This document shows, in pieces, positions 45,061-54,578 of a stretch of DNA of 64,000 nucleotides. The position numbers and the translations under genes were made by a program. Position 1 is the first letter of the stretch, and the number at the start of each line of letters is the position of its first letter. Source of the stretch: Bryobacterales bacterium (GTDB lineage Bacteria > Acidobacteriota > Terriglobia > Bryobacterales > UBA6623); the NCBI GenBank assembly GCA_965222095.1, contig CBDCTD010000002.1, positions 482,909 through 546,908 on the forward strand. The letters are read 5' to 3'. Below the pieces are notes generated by a model. The model was not told the origin of the DNA, did no database searches, and saw only the letters and a list, made by a program, of their open reading frames with translations.

Positions 45061-47964
45061 ATGATCGGGCAAACCATCTCGCACTACCGCATCACCGCGA
45101 AGCTCGGTGAAGGTGGCATGGGCGTGGTCTACAAGGCTGAGGACACGAACCTCAAACGACCCGTCGCTTTGAAGTTCCTAGCCGCCCACCTGCTCGGCGA
45201 CGAAGAGATCAAGGCCCGTTTCCGGCGAGAGGCAGAAGCGGCCGCCGCACTCAATCATCCCAACGTCTGCCACGTCTACGAGATCAATGACGTCGAAGGC
45301 AAGACCTTCATTGCCATGGCCTTCCTCGAAGGCGAGCCGCTGGAGAAGAAGATCGAGGCTGGACCACTCAAGTTGAAGGATGCGCTCGATATCGCGATCC
45401 AGACGGCACAAGGACTCGAGGCGGCGCACGAGAAGGGCATCGTTCATCGCGACATCAAGCCGGCCAACTTGATGATCACTGGCGCGGGCTCCAAGCAACT
45501 CGTCACCATCATGGACTTCGGGCTGGCCCTGCTGACCGACCGCTCGAAGCTCACCCGTTTGGACGAGACCATGGGGACGGTGACCTACATGTCCCCCGAG
45601 CAGACGTCCGGGATGGAGTTAGACCAGCGGACTGATATCTGGTCACTGGGTGTTGTGATTTACGAGATGGTCACCGGACAGCAGCCGTTCAAGGGCCACT
45701 ACGACAAAGCCGTGATGTACTCCATCACCAACGAAGAGCCGGAGCCGATGACAGCGCTGCGGACGGGCGTCCCGATGGAGCTGGAATGGATCGTCGGCAA
45801 GTGCCTCGCCAAGGAGGCGGATAAGCGGTATCGAAGTACGGCCGACATGGGGGTTGACTTGGAAACGCTCAGCGAGAAGCTAAAGTCGGGTAAATCGACA
45901 ATCGTACGCACCGGTGCTCCAGCAGGGACCGGCACTCCTGCCGGTCCAAATGTCGTGCGAACCGGCCAGCCAGCCGATGCGGAAGCCCAGCACTCGGCGC
46001 CCGATGTCGCCCCTCAAGCCCCCGCTAACTCGGTTACCCCCGGCAGCACCTTCGGCCCCTACCGCATCATCGAGGACCTCGGCTCCGGGGGCGAAAGCGC
46101 CGCCTACCGCGCGGAAGATACTGAACTCCGCCGCTCGGTCACGATCAGCGTTTTGCCGGAATCGGCGGCTCGCCGGGCTGAACAGCGACAACGCCTGAAG
46201 GTCATCGGCACGGCTGTCTTTTTCGTCCTGGCCGTTGTGATGATTCTGCTCTCCTGGACCCGCCAGCCCGCGCCCAGTGAGCCTGCGTCGCTGCGCCGGT
46301 TCGCCTTCACCCCGGAAGACTTCCGCGGAGAGGCCACGATTTCTCCCAACGGCAAGCACATTGCGTACGTAGCAGGCGCGGACCAGCCGACGATCTGGGT
46401 GCGGGATCTCGACCGCGAAGAGCCACGCGAGTTGCCTGGAACCGCGGGTGCTCGCAACTTCCAGCTGTTTTGGTCACCCGACAGTCAATTCATCGGTTTC
46501 GCCGCCGGCAACAAACTGAAAAAGATCTTGCTCCAGGGAGGCCCGGCAATCACCCTTTGCCCACTCCCCGTAGTTGGATTCTGGGGAGGTTCCTGGAGTC
46601 CGGACGGCGACGTCATCGCCTTCAGCAGTGCCTTTCCTCCTCAAATTTACGAAGTTCGCGCCCAAGGCGGCGACCCGAAGCTGCTGTTCGAACCCGAGCA
46701 GTCGGAGAAAGCCCTCGGCAACTCTCGACCCTGGTTCTTGCCAGGGAAGGCGACGGCGCGCGGCATTGTTTTCATGCTGGGTTCACCGACCGAAAGTGAT
46801 ATTGGGGTCAAGAACCTGGAAACAGGCGAATTTTCGGTCCTCGCCGAGGGAGGCTATCCTGTATTTTCTCTGACCGGGCACATTGTGTATCAGAGGGACG
46901 TCACGCGGGGCTTTCGGGGCGGACTGTGGGCCTTGCCCTTCTCGATCGAGACGTTGAAGCCCACCGGAGAACCTTTCCCGATCGTCGAGAATGTCGCCCT
47001 CCCTAGTGTGGCGATCGATGGCACCTTGGTTTCCGTGGATGCCCTTGGACGTAACCAACAGCAACTCGTCTGGCTCGATCGCACTGGCCGCAAGCTGGGG
47101 ACCATCGGGCAGCCCCAGCAACTCATCCTAAACCCCGCATTATCCCCAGACGGCGGGCGTGTCGTCGTTTCCGCCTTCGAAGAAGGCGCAAACCAGGACA
47201 TTTGGGTACACGAGGTTGACCGCGCCCTGAAGACGCGGCTCACGTTCGATCCAGGAAGCGACCAATTCCCGAAGTGGTCGCCGTCGGGAGAGGAGGTCGT
47301 TTTCAGTTCCGACCGTACCGGCAACGTCGACATATTCAGCCGGGCGGCTGACGGCAGCGCCGAGCCGGTCTCGCTCGTGTCCACGTCCCGCACCGAGTTC
47401 CCATCGGCCTGGTCCCCAGATATGAAGTATTTCTTGTATGTTGTACCAGGTCCGGAAACGGGCTTGGATATTTGGTATCTCGAGCGCAAGGAGCAAGGAG
47501 GCGGCTTTGATTCCCGGCCCTTTCTCCAGACCTCTTTTTCAGAGGTGGGCTCAAGGCTGTCGCCCGACGGCCGCTTCGTCGCCTACCTTTCGGACGAGTC
47601 GGGCCGGCTCGAGGTCTACGTGCGGCCGTTTCCGCAAGGCGGCAGGAAATGGCAGATTTCGGCCAACGGTGGCAGTAGTCAGCGCTGGAGCAAAGACGGC
47701 AAAGAGTTGTTTTACGTCGAAGGGGAAACACTCATGTCGGTCGCCGTCTCGACGACGGAGGGCCTGTCAGCCGGGTCGGTGAAGCCGCTGTTCGAGCATT
47801 CCGGTTTGAGGGGAGCTTCTTCGACTTACGATGTCTCGGCCGATGGACAGCGTTTTGTTGTGGTCGAAGACGTCGAAAGTGAAGAAGGCGAGGAAGCAAA
47901 ATCGCCTGCGATCCACATCGTCGAGAACTGGTTCGAAGAATTCAAAGACCGCGAGCAGGACTAA
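45061..47964 (+). CDS. Ser/Thr protein kinase fused via one TM to TolB-like (PD40) beta-propeller repeats
   Basis: Has Hanks motifs (GEGGMGVVYKA, VALK, HRDIKPANL, DFGLA, YMSPEQ), a TM near aa 385 and repeated WSPDG.. propeller blades. The ATG at 45061 is preferred over the TTG at 45055. Confidence 0.9.
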   Translation: MIGQTISHYRITAKLGEGGMGVVYKAEDTNLKRPVALKFLAAHLLGDEEIKARFRREAEAAAALNHPNVCHVYEINDVEGKTFIAMAFLEGEPLEKKIEAGPLKLKDALDIAIQTAQGLEAAHEKGIVHRDIKPANLMITGAGSKQLVTIMDFGLALLTDRSKLTRLDETMGTVTYMSPEQTSGMELDQRTDIWSLGVVIYEMVTGQQPFKGHYDKAVMYSITNEEPEPMTALRTGVPMELEWIVGKCLAKEADKRYRSTADMGVDLETLSEKLKSGKSTIVRTGAPAGTGTPAGPNVVRTGQPADAEAQHSAPDVAPQAPANSVTPGSTFGPYRIIEDLGSGGESAAYRAEDTELRRSVTISVLPESAARRAEQRQRLKVIGTAVFFVLAVVMILLSWTRQPAPSEPASLRRFAFTPEDFRGEATISPNGKHIAYVAGADQPTIWVRDLDREEPRELPGTAGARNFQLFWSPDSQFIGFAAGNKLKKILLQGGPAITLCPLPVVGFWGGSWSPDGDVIAFSSAFPPQIYEVRAQGGDPKLLFEPEQSEKALGNSRPWFLPGKATARGIVFMLGSPTESDIGVKNLETGEFSVLAEGGYPVFSLTGHIVYQRDVTRGFRGGLWALPFSIETLKPTGEPFPIVENVALPSVAIDGTLVSVDALGRNQQQLVWLDRTGRKLGTIGQPQQLILNPALSPDGGRVVVSAFEEGANQDIWVHEVDRALKTRLTFDPGSDQFPKWSPSGEEVVFSSDRTGNVDIFSRAADGSAEPVSLVSTSRTEFPSAWSPDMKYFLYVVPGPETGLDIWYLERKEQGGGFDSRPFLQTSFSEVGSRLSPDGRFVAYLSDESGRLEVYVRPFPQGGRKWQISANGGSSQRWSKDGKELFYVEGETLMSVAVSTTEGLSAGSVKPLFEHSGLRGASSTYDVSADGQRFVVVEDVESEEGEEAKSPAIHIVENWFEEFKDREQD

Positions 47965-48194
47965 GTCCCCCAAAGCCTCCTGTTTTGAAACAAGTGGTGG
48001 CTTCCTTGACTAAGCAGGTCTATTTCCCAGCCGCCTTCACGCTGCGTTCACGCGGTTCGTTCCCACCCGGAGCCAGGCTCGCCGTTCTACGGCAGCTGGA
48101 GGAGCGAAGAGTTGATTGAGCAGCTCGTTTTCCTTAAGAGACATTCGTCAAAGGAGGGTGGGGCGGCAAGTCATGGCCGCGCGTCAGGGGACGG

Positions 48195-48728
48195 TCACTC
48201 TTCAGAAGGTAGCGCCAGATCCTCCGGAGAAAAGGGACGGAACGAAAACTTGTAGCCCTCGTACATAGCGATCCCGTAAAACACAAGATCCATGGGACTG
48301 AAGGTGGCCACCATCAGTTCCGCAACCATCTCGAGATCAAGGCGCGACAATAGGTCGAAAAAGGGAATGCCCTGCTGGTTCGACACAAGGCCACACACCG
48401 CGAGGAGGTTGCCCAGACCGCACCCCGCCAGCGACAGCAGCGCGCCGGCGATCCCAAAGGCTCGGTCGATGCCCTTTCCAAGCAGGCGTACCCCGAATCC
48501 GGCGAGGAATCCCACACCTACGGCCATCCAGCCTATCTGGTATCCCGTAACACCGGTGACGCCGGCCCAGACGGAAGCCCCCAATACGGCTCCGATCGCA
48601 CCACCAAGGATGCCTGACGTCAGATTCTGCTCTGATTTCAACAACTCCAGGGCGTGTTGAGCGTGAAGCGCTTCCGGCGATCCCTCTTCGAGCGAAATAG
48701 TGGGGCTTTCGACTTCCTGGTCACTCAT
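48195..48728 (-). CDS. hypothetical membrane protein
   Basis: 177 aa with an acidic N-terminus followed by Gly-rich TM spans. Confidence 0.5.
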   Translation of the reverse strand: MSDQEVESPTISLEEGSPEALHAQHALELLKSEQNLTSGILGGAIGAVLGASVWAGVTGVTGYQIGWMAVGVGFLAGFGVRLLGKGIDRAFGIAGALLSLAGCGLGNLLAVCGLVSNQQGIPFFDLLSRLDLEMVAELMVATFSPMDLVFYGIAMYEGYKFSFRPFSPEDLALPSEE

Positions 48729-48812
48729 TGACTTGCCTCCCTCTTCCGTTGCGCGGCGGTAAGCTGGCTAGCCCCGTTTTTTCTTCGCCCGTTCGCGGGA
48801 AAACCCGTTGTT

Positions 48813-49008
48813 CTAGCCCACATTTCTCACCACCTGACACAGCGATTGGGGCAAAAGGCCCGGCGGCCATGGATCGCGTCAAAGTTTGTGTACATCGCCC
48901 AGCGTACAGTATGTCGCAAGCGGGCGCGATGAATCGCGCCCCTACATTCTCAAACGGCGGGCCTTGCTTTCCGCTCCTGCCGGCCGCTGGTGAGAAATGC
49001 CGCACTAG
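48813..49008 (+). mobile_element. 195-bp MITE-like element, copy C (diverged)
   Basis: Runs CTAGCCCACATTTCTCACCAC ... GGTGAGAAATGCCGCACTAG with the same internal hairpin core. It lies between the MBL-hydrolase stop and the next gene start. Confidence 0.8.
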
Positions 49009-49730
49009 CTATACGCCGTCAGTTCGTAGCTCGATGGCTCAAGCACGATGATGGCCGGCCCTCCATTGGAGCCGGGGATTTCCGTGGGGAGCCGGATCGT
49101 CGTGCTTCTTGGATAGACGACCGGATCGCTCCGACGCCGATCGAGGAACTTGCCGACCGGGGCCATGCCCTCGCCGAACGGGGGCAGGAAGTAGTGCATC
49201 GGAATGACCCACTTGGGCTTGAGGTGTTCGATCATGAAGTCGAGTTCCGGGAGGGGAATCGTGTTGTGATCTCCGGTGATTGCCAGCAGCACATCGCAGT
49301 GGCCGACGAACGGAGCTAACTCGTCGGCATTAAGTCCATAACCTAGATCCCCAACATGCATGACCCAGAGATCGTCGAATCTTATGGAATAGAGCGCATT
49401 GTCCATGGGATCGTGCAGGGTGTGGTCGGGATGTTCGGCCGCTCCGACCGCCACGACGGTGCTCCCGTCGATTTCGGTTGCGGACGCCTTCTCGACGATA
49501 TCGAGTGCGTCAATCACCCGCGAAGCGCCTGTGACTAGCTTCGGGTTTCCGTGGGCGAGATCGGTCAGTGAACTGCAGATCACCGTGTCGCCTTCTAGCG
49601 AGGCGGTGTCCTTGGGCAAACCGAATTTCTCGAGCTCGGAAGGAGTGTAGGGGTCCATGACGACCACCGGTCCACCGTCGCGCCAGACGCGGAAGCAAGC
49701 ATGCGCTACCCATTCGATATTGACTGCCAT
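49005..49730 (-). CDS. MBL-fold metallo-hydrolase
   Basis: Has the beta-lactamase-fold pattern (WVAHACF......VV.DPY, ...H.GDLG...). The stop codon TAG lies inside the terminal CTAG of MITE copy C. Confidence 0.75.
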   Translation of the reverse strand: MAVNIEWVAHACFRVWRDGGPVVVMDPYTPSELEKFGLPKDTASLEGDTVICSSLTDLAHGNPKLVTGASRVIDALDIVEKASATEIDGSTVVAVGAAEHPDHTLHDPMDNALYSIRFDDLWVMHVGDLGYGLNADELAPFVGHCDVLLAITGDHNTIPLPELDFMIEHLKPKWVIPMHYFLPPFGEGMAPVGKFLDRRRSDPVVYPRSTTIRLPTEIPGSNGGPAIIVLEPSSYELTAYS

Positions 49731-49731
49731 C

Positions 49732-50724
49732 TTATTCCTCCTTAGAGAGATCGAGACCGCTGTATTCCGACCACATTGTCCCCACCGGCTCTTTAAGCAA
49801 CAGCTCTTTCAAGAACGCAAACGACTTCTCGAGGCCCTCTTTCACATTGATATAGTTGCTCTCCATCTCAACCGATAGAGCGCCCTCGTAACCTATAAAT
49901 CGCAGGGTGGAAATAAAGTCCCGCCAGAAGGTTTGATCGTGTCCCCATCCGATCAGCGTGAAGTTCCAAGAACGGTCTTCGGCTTTCGTGTAGTTGGTAT
50001 TGTCGAGGATTCCCTTCAGCCGCAGGTTGTGAGCAAAGAAGCGTGTGTCCTTCACGTGGACGTGGTGGATGGCATCTCCTAGGAACCGGATCGCTTCCAA
50101 CACGTCGATCTGCTGCACGAACATGTGAGACGGGTCGAAGTTGCATCCGATGACAGGGCCGATTGCATCGCGCAACTTTGCCATCGTGGTAGGGGAATGA
50201 ACCAACTGCCCAATTTGCGGTTCCACGCAGACGGTACACCCGTGGTCTTCCGCGATCTTGCCGTGTTCTCGCCAGAAGGGGATCAATCGTTCTTCCCACT
50301 GCCATCGTAGAATGCGGCGGTTCTCGAGAGGGAAGGAGTCGACAATCCAGGTGGGACAGGCATCTCCCGGGGCGCCCGCGGGAATACCGGAAAGTACGAT
50401 CAAGCGCGGCGCGCCCGCTGCTTCCGCCAGGCGACAGACTTTTTGGAAATAGTCGGAATAAGCCTTGACCACTTCCGGGTCGGAAGAAAGGGGCTCGCCG
50501 TGGGCTGTGAATCCGCTGATTTCGAGCCCGTGCTCGGCCAGCGCGTCGAGCCAGCGGCGTAGCGCGTCTCGATCCGCCAAGAGCTTCTCCATGTCACAGT
50601 ATTTGAGGCTGGGCTCGCCAAGCAGGGCCACTTCGATCGCTTGTGCGCCGTGGTCCTTCGCGAAGCGTAGTCCATCCTCGAATTCGAGAAAGTGAAGAAA
50701 GTAACTGTTGACGCCGAGTTTCAC
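49732..50724 (-). CDS. sugar phosphate isomerase/epimerase (xylose-isomerase-like TIM barrel)
   Basis: AP-endonuclease-2/xylose-isomerase-like barrel pattern (G...IE......, ..C.EP, H.KD). Confidence 0.8.
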   Translation of the reverse strand: MKLGVNSYFLHFLEFEDGLRFAKDHGAQAIEVALLGEPSLKYCDMEKLLADRDALRRWLDALAEHGLEISGFTAHGEPLSSDPEVVKAYSDYFQKVCRLAEAAGAPRLIVLSGIPAGAPGDACPTWIVDSFPLENRRILRWQWEERLIPFWREHGKIAEDHGCTVCVEPQIGQLVHSPTTMAKLRDAIGPVIGCNFDPSHMFVQQIDVLEAIRFLGDAIHHVHVKDTRFFAHNLRLKGILDNTNYTKAEDRSWNFTLIGWGHDQTFWRDFISTLRFIGYEGALSVEMESNYINVKEGLEKSFAFLKELLLKEPVGTMWSEYSGLDLSKEE

Positions 50725-51019
50725 GGGAAGCTCCTAGTGGGCATTGTCTATCCTGCCATTGTGGAAGGGTGGAGCGCAAAGGGTGGTGCGGAGTGCGCGG
50801 TGGGTCGCCGTGCCGTCAGAGTGAGGAGCGGCTCACGCAGGATACACACTCGACTTGAATTCGCCGGCCAGGTCGGGCATGAAGCCGGCAGGATTGCCGG
50901 CCGAACTCGAAACTAGGACCGACAAGAGTGGCGGTCGCTACCGGCGGTGCGGCGCCGCTTCCATACACTCACTTGAACGCGCCTGAAACCTGAGTGTATT
51001 TACGAAATAGAATACTTGG

Positions 51020-51793
51020 TTAGCTCCCGAACGCTTCTTGGAACGGTGCTAGGGCGCCCGCGAACGCCTTACGTTTGACTCCGACGTCAACGCCCATGAG
51101 AATGACGCGTGCTCCCAGATCCGCGAAATGTTTGGCTTGCTCAGCGGTTGCGACGGTCATGGCGGGGATCTTGCCTGCCGCGGCGACTTTGCTTACCACC
51201 TCGTCAATCTTTGGGGCGAGTCCGGCTTTCACATCCTCGCTGAACGCACCGTGGCTGAGGGTCCAATCCATTGGTCCAACGGTCACCATGTCGATACCAT
51301 CGACCCGCAGAATGGCATCCAATTCGTCGAATGCTTGGTCGCTTTCAACCATCACCATCAGGTGAGTGCTCTCGTTGGCCTCTTCCAGGGTCCGCCGAGG
51401 GTCGCTGCCCAAGCTATAGTCGAGCCCCGCAGCGGTTGAGGAGGCGCCGCGTTGACCCGCGGGAGGGTACTTGCCGAGCCGAACGAACTCGGCGGCTTGA
51501 GCGGCGTCCTTGACATCCGGCAGAATTAGCACCTCGAACCCGCCATCGAGCAACGCTTGAACGTGCGTTCGGGAGAGCTCGATGATGCGGGCCATCGGCA
51601 CCATGCCCAGGTGAGTGATGGTTCGGCTAAGCCGCGTAGCCTCGGTCATCGAGGTGGGCGAATGTTCGAGGTCCATCCAGATAGCGTTGTAGCCGAGCTG
51701 CGCGAGCAGTTCCATGTCGACGAAAGTCGGATCGCGACAGAGAATGCCTGAGAGAACGGTGTGCTGCTCGAGAAGACTATTCAGTGTGTTCAT
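51020..51793 (-). CDS. HpcH/HpaI-family aldolase
   Basis: 257 aa with ...WMDLEHSP... and ...MVMVES..A...LD.IL.V.GID.V..GP.D..., typical of 2-keto-3-deoxy-sugar-acid aldolases. Confidence 0.82.
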   Translation of the reverse strand: MNTLNSLLEQHTVLSGILCRDPTFVDMELLAQLGYNAIWMDLEHSPTSMTEATRLSRTITHLGMVPMARIIELSRTHVQALLDGGFEVLILPDVKDAAQAAEFVRLGKYPPAGQRGASSTAAGLDYSLGSDPRRTLEEANESTHLMVMVESDQAFDELDAILRVDGIDMVTVGPMDWTLSHGAFSEDVKAGLAPKIDEVVSKVAAAGKIPAMTVATAEQAKHFADLGARVILMGVDVGVKRKAFAGALAPFQEAFGS

Positions 51794-51799
51794 GAAGTT

Positions 51800-52048
51800 A
51801 CCTCGGATTCACAGTCTGAATCCTTCGTCGCTTCCTATCCTACCTCCCACGCGCGGGGCCCGCTAGGATCAGGCCTACCTTGCTCCGCCCTTCGAGGATC
51901 TCCCCCATGCGGCGGGCAGCCATCACACCGGCTTCGTAGTCATCGGTGACGACCTTCATGGCATCCTCACTAGGCTTGGACTCCATCAATACAGACGCGG
52001 AAGGCCGCTACAAGATCAGCGCGTCAGGCAGCAGATTGAAAATGCGGG
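51800..52048 (-). mobile_element. decayed left end of a second IS1380-family element
   Basis: The minus strand from 52048 reads CCCGCATTTTCAATCTG, 16/17 identical to the IRL at 7064. It stays alignable (about two thirds identity by manual alignment) through AGCGGCCTT at the same offset and TGAGGATGCC, up to an ATG. That ATG opens MTTKPV-stop, versus MGEKQTKPF in the intact copy. Confidence 0.55.
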
Positions 52049-52311
52049 CTTAGCAGCCCGTGGTGAAAGTGAACGTCGCGAAAAATCGGGTACAGCCAGC
52101 CAATTCGCTTCAGGCTAAGTGGGTTTGTTTCGAGGGTCAGGACGAAGAGCAAATTGGTGGCAGTCCCCATTTTTCGCTCCCACCCGACTTTTGCCACGGG
52201 CTGTTAGGACCGCCTGTGCGGGGGGGGGGGCCGACGACAGAAAACTTGCGCTCGGCCCGGGATGCGCAAGCCGGCATTAGGCCAAGCAGCAGGAACTCTT
52301 CCCGGGAGCAT

Positions 52312-53187
52312 TCAGGGTGCCATGGAAGCGGCACGTTCCTCGAGCGGCTTGAGTCTTCGGAGGCGCTGGTTGCCGCTATCGGTGATGTAGATACTGCCCG
52401 ACGGATCGGTATAGATGGCGCTGGGGTTGTTGAGCCTCGCCAAAGTTGCGATGGTCTCGTCTCCTTCGTACCCCCCGTTGCCATCGCCCGTGTCGCCGCT
52501 GCCGGCAATTGTCGTGATCTTGCCATCCGGCGAGATCCTCCGAATCCGGTGATTGCCGCTGTCCGCGACGTAGAGATAGTCGGCCAAGTCAATCGCGAGT
52601 CCCGTGGGGTGTAGGAAGCGTGCAGCGTAGGCCGGCCCCTTGTCACCCGCGAATCCTGGCTCGCCGGTGCCCACGTAGGGGAAGAGCACCCCCGCTGTAT
52701 TCATCTTGAGGATGCGGTGCTGCTCGGCATCGGCGATGTAGAGGTTGCCTGCTTGGTCCATGGCGACGCCGGCGGGAAGCCGCAACTGGTTTCGAGAACC
52801 TTCTTCTCCCGGCCTAACCACCGTGTGGATTGTGTACGTAGAGAAGACAGCAGGGGGCTTATCCGAGTAGGGTCTTCCGGGCCCATTCATCAGATAAACG
52901 ACGGGCGTGATGAGCAAGAAGAAAAGTCCCAGGGCAAAGGCAACTTGCGCCTTCGGCGAGTTAAGCCAACGCCGGATAAAACTCAACAAGCCGCCGCGGT
53001 GTTTCTGTTCGGTCATCTCACCACAAGCGGTGCAGTAGCGCTTCGTCCGCTTTAGCGCGGTGCCGCAATGTAAACAAAGAAAGCCGCTTACCTTACCGGA
53101 CTTTTCGAACACAGCCGTGGTCGTGCCGCATTTGTCGCAAAATTTGTCTTCGTCTTCGAAGACTGAAACGCACTTACTGCAAGTCAA
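52312..53187 (-). CDS. zinc-ribbon / single-TM / NHL-repeat protein (paralog 1, TTG start)
   Basis: Two CxxC...CxxC ribbons at the N-terminus, one TM, then NHL-type blades (LYIADAEQHRILK, LYVADSGNHRIRRI, IYITDSGNQRLRRL). Confidence 0.8.
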   Translation of the reverse strand: MTCSKCVSVFEDEDKFCDKCGTTTAVFEKSGKVSGFLCLHCGTALKRTKRYCTACGEMTEQKHRGGLLSFIRRWLNSPKAQVAFALGLFFLLITPVVYLMNGPGRPYSDKPPAVFSTYTIHTVVRPGEEGSRNQLRLPAGVAMDQAGNLYIADAEQHRILKMNTAGVLFPYVGTGEPGFAGDKGPAYAARFLHPTGLAIDLADYLYVADSGNHRIRRISPDGKITTIAGSGDTGDGNGGYEGDETIATLARLNNPSAIYTDPSGSIYITDSGNQRLRRLKPLEERAASMAP

Positions 53188-53729
53188 GGTTCACCTCAAG
53201 AGGGAAGATTCCGCCCCCGCGCATCGGTTACGCCGGAGTACCTCGATTATAGGTACCAGTCGGGAAGCCGCAGAATACGGGGTAAACCTTAGTGCTTACG
53301 GTTTTAAGCCTTTAGTCTGAGCTAGTCGCAGCGGTGCCGAATCAGGGGTCAAGCACAGCGCGACCTTCGGTTTTTCAGTTCTCGCAGGCGCCCTTCCACA
53401 AGGCTGTCGGGCTGACCGGACTGCGAGTGATCTTATGGGTGGGTTTGAGGGGTGCACGCGCAACGAAAACGATCTATAGAAATATGGAGGTAGCCACGTC
53501 AGCCGCGAGGATCAGCTCAATGAATCGCGGCGTGCGCGGAAGGCAACGGAGAAGCGGCTGTGGATCAGCGCTCGTTGTTGGGCAGCTCGGTCGCCCGTGC
53601 AGAGGGCCTGGGCTTGATCGTCCTCGGGCTCCGCTCGGCACCCGCTAGCCGGGCCACGGAGAGTAGGCGACTGTCCCAATTAGCGGAACCAGTTTCTCCG
53701 ATGAAGCGGGCTGCTAGCCCCTGTGTAGG

Positions 53730-54578
53730 CTACTCGGAAGAGTCGCGTTTCTCGATGGGCTCGAGTCTGCGCAACCGCTGGTTGCCACTATCGATGACGT
53801 AGATGTTGCCGTGCTGATCAGTGTAGACCGCACTCGGAGTACTGAGTCTCGCCCGGGTGGCGAGGCTACCGTCTCCCGTATACGCTCCACTATCGTCGCC
53901 CGTAGGCCCGCTTCCAGCGATGGTTTTGACCTTGCCATCCGGCGAAATCCTTCGAACGCGGTGATTGCCGCTGTCTGCGATGTAAAGATGATCCTTGAAG
54001 TCGACTGCCAGGCCCGTTGGCCGCAGGAACTGGGCGGCGTAAGCCGGTCCGTTGTCACCGGAGAATCCTGGCTTGCCTGTACCGGCATAGGGAAAGATCA
54101 CCCCGGCGGTATCCATCTTGAGAATCCGGTGATGTTCGGCGTCCGCAATGTAGACGTTGCCTTGCTGGTCCATGGCAATGCCCGCGGGGAGCCGCAGATG
54201 GTTTCGAGAACCTTCTTCTCCGGGCTCGACCACGGTCCGGATGTTGTAGACCGAGGCAATACTCACGGGTTTGTTGGTGGAAGGTTCGTACACATACGCC
54301 ATATAGAAGAAAAAGGCCAGCAGCGGCAGCAGGGCCAGTTTCGCGATCGGCGAGTCAATCCAATGGCGGACCGGCCTGCGACCCTGATCGTACTTCGGGG
54401 GAATCTTCTGACCGCAGGAGATACAGTAGTTCTTCGCGCGTTTGAGCGGCGTGCCGCAATGGAGACAGAGGAAACGGTGAACCTTTTCTGAATGTTCGAA
54501 GACGGCCGTCGGTGTGCCACAACTGTCACAGAAGTTGTCGGTGTCTTCGAGAATTGCAGAACATTCTATGCAGGCCAT
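53730..54578 (-). CDS. zinc-ribbon / single-TM / NHL-repeat protein (paralog 2)
   Basis: Collinear with paralog 1 over its whole length (VYIADAEHHRILK, LYIADSGNHRVRRI, IYVIDSGNQRLRRL). Confidence 0.8.
   Translation of the reverse strand: MACIECSAILEDTDNFCDSCGTPTAVFEHSEKVHRFLCLHCGTPLKRAKNYCISCGQKIPPKYDQGRRPVRHWIDSPIAKLALLPLLAFFFYMAYVYEPSTNKPVSIASVYNIRTVVEPGEEGSRNHLRLPAGIAMDQQGNVYIADAEHHRILKMDTAGVIFPYAGTGKPGFSGDNGPAYAAQFLRPTGLAVDFKDHLYIADSGNHRVRRISPDGKVKTIAGSGPTGDDSGAYTGDGSLATRARLSTPSAVYTDQHGNIYVIDSGNQRLRRLEPIEKRDSSE

Noticed and set aside
45044-45061. Leaderless transcript for the Ser/Thr kinase from a TACAAT box 12 nt upstream of the ATG
   Set aside because: No acceptable -35 element lies at 16-18 nt spacing, and a single hexamer in a 170-nt spacer is weak evidence.
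52032-52060. Interpreting the 52.04-kb match to the IS end as merely an intrinsic terminator hairpin
   Set aside because: The hairpin exists, but similarity to the IS1380 left end continues for more than 100 nt at conserved offsets through the transposase ATG. The IS-remnant reading is therefore preferred, and the two roles are not exclusive.
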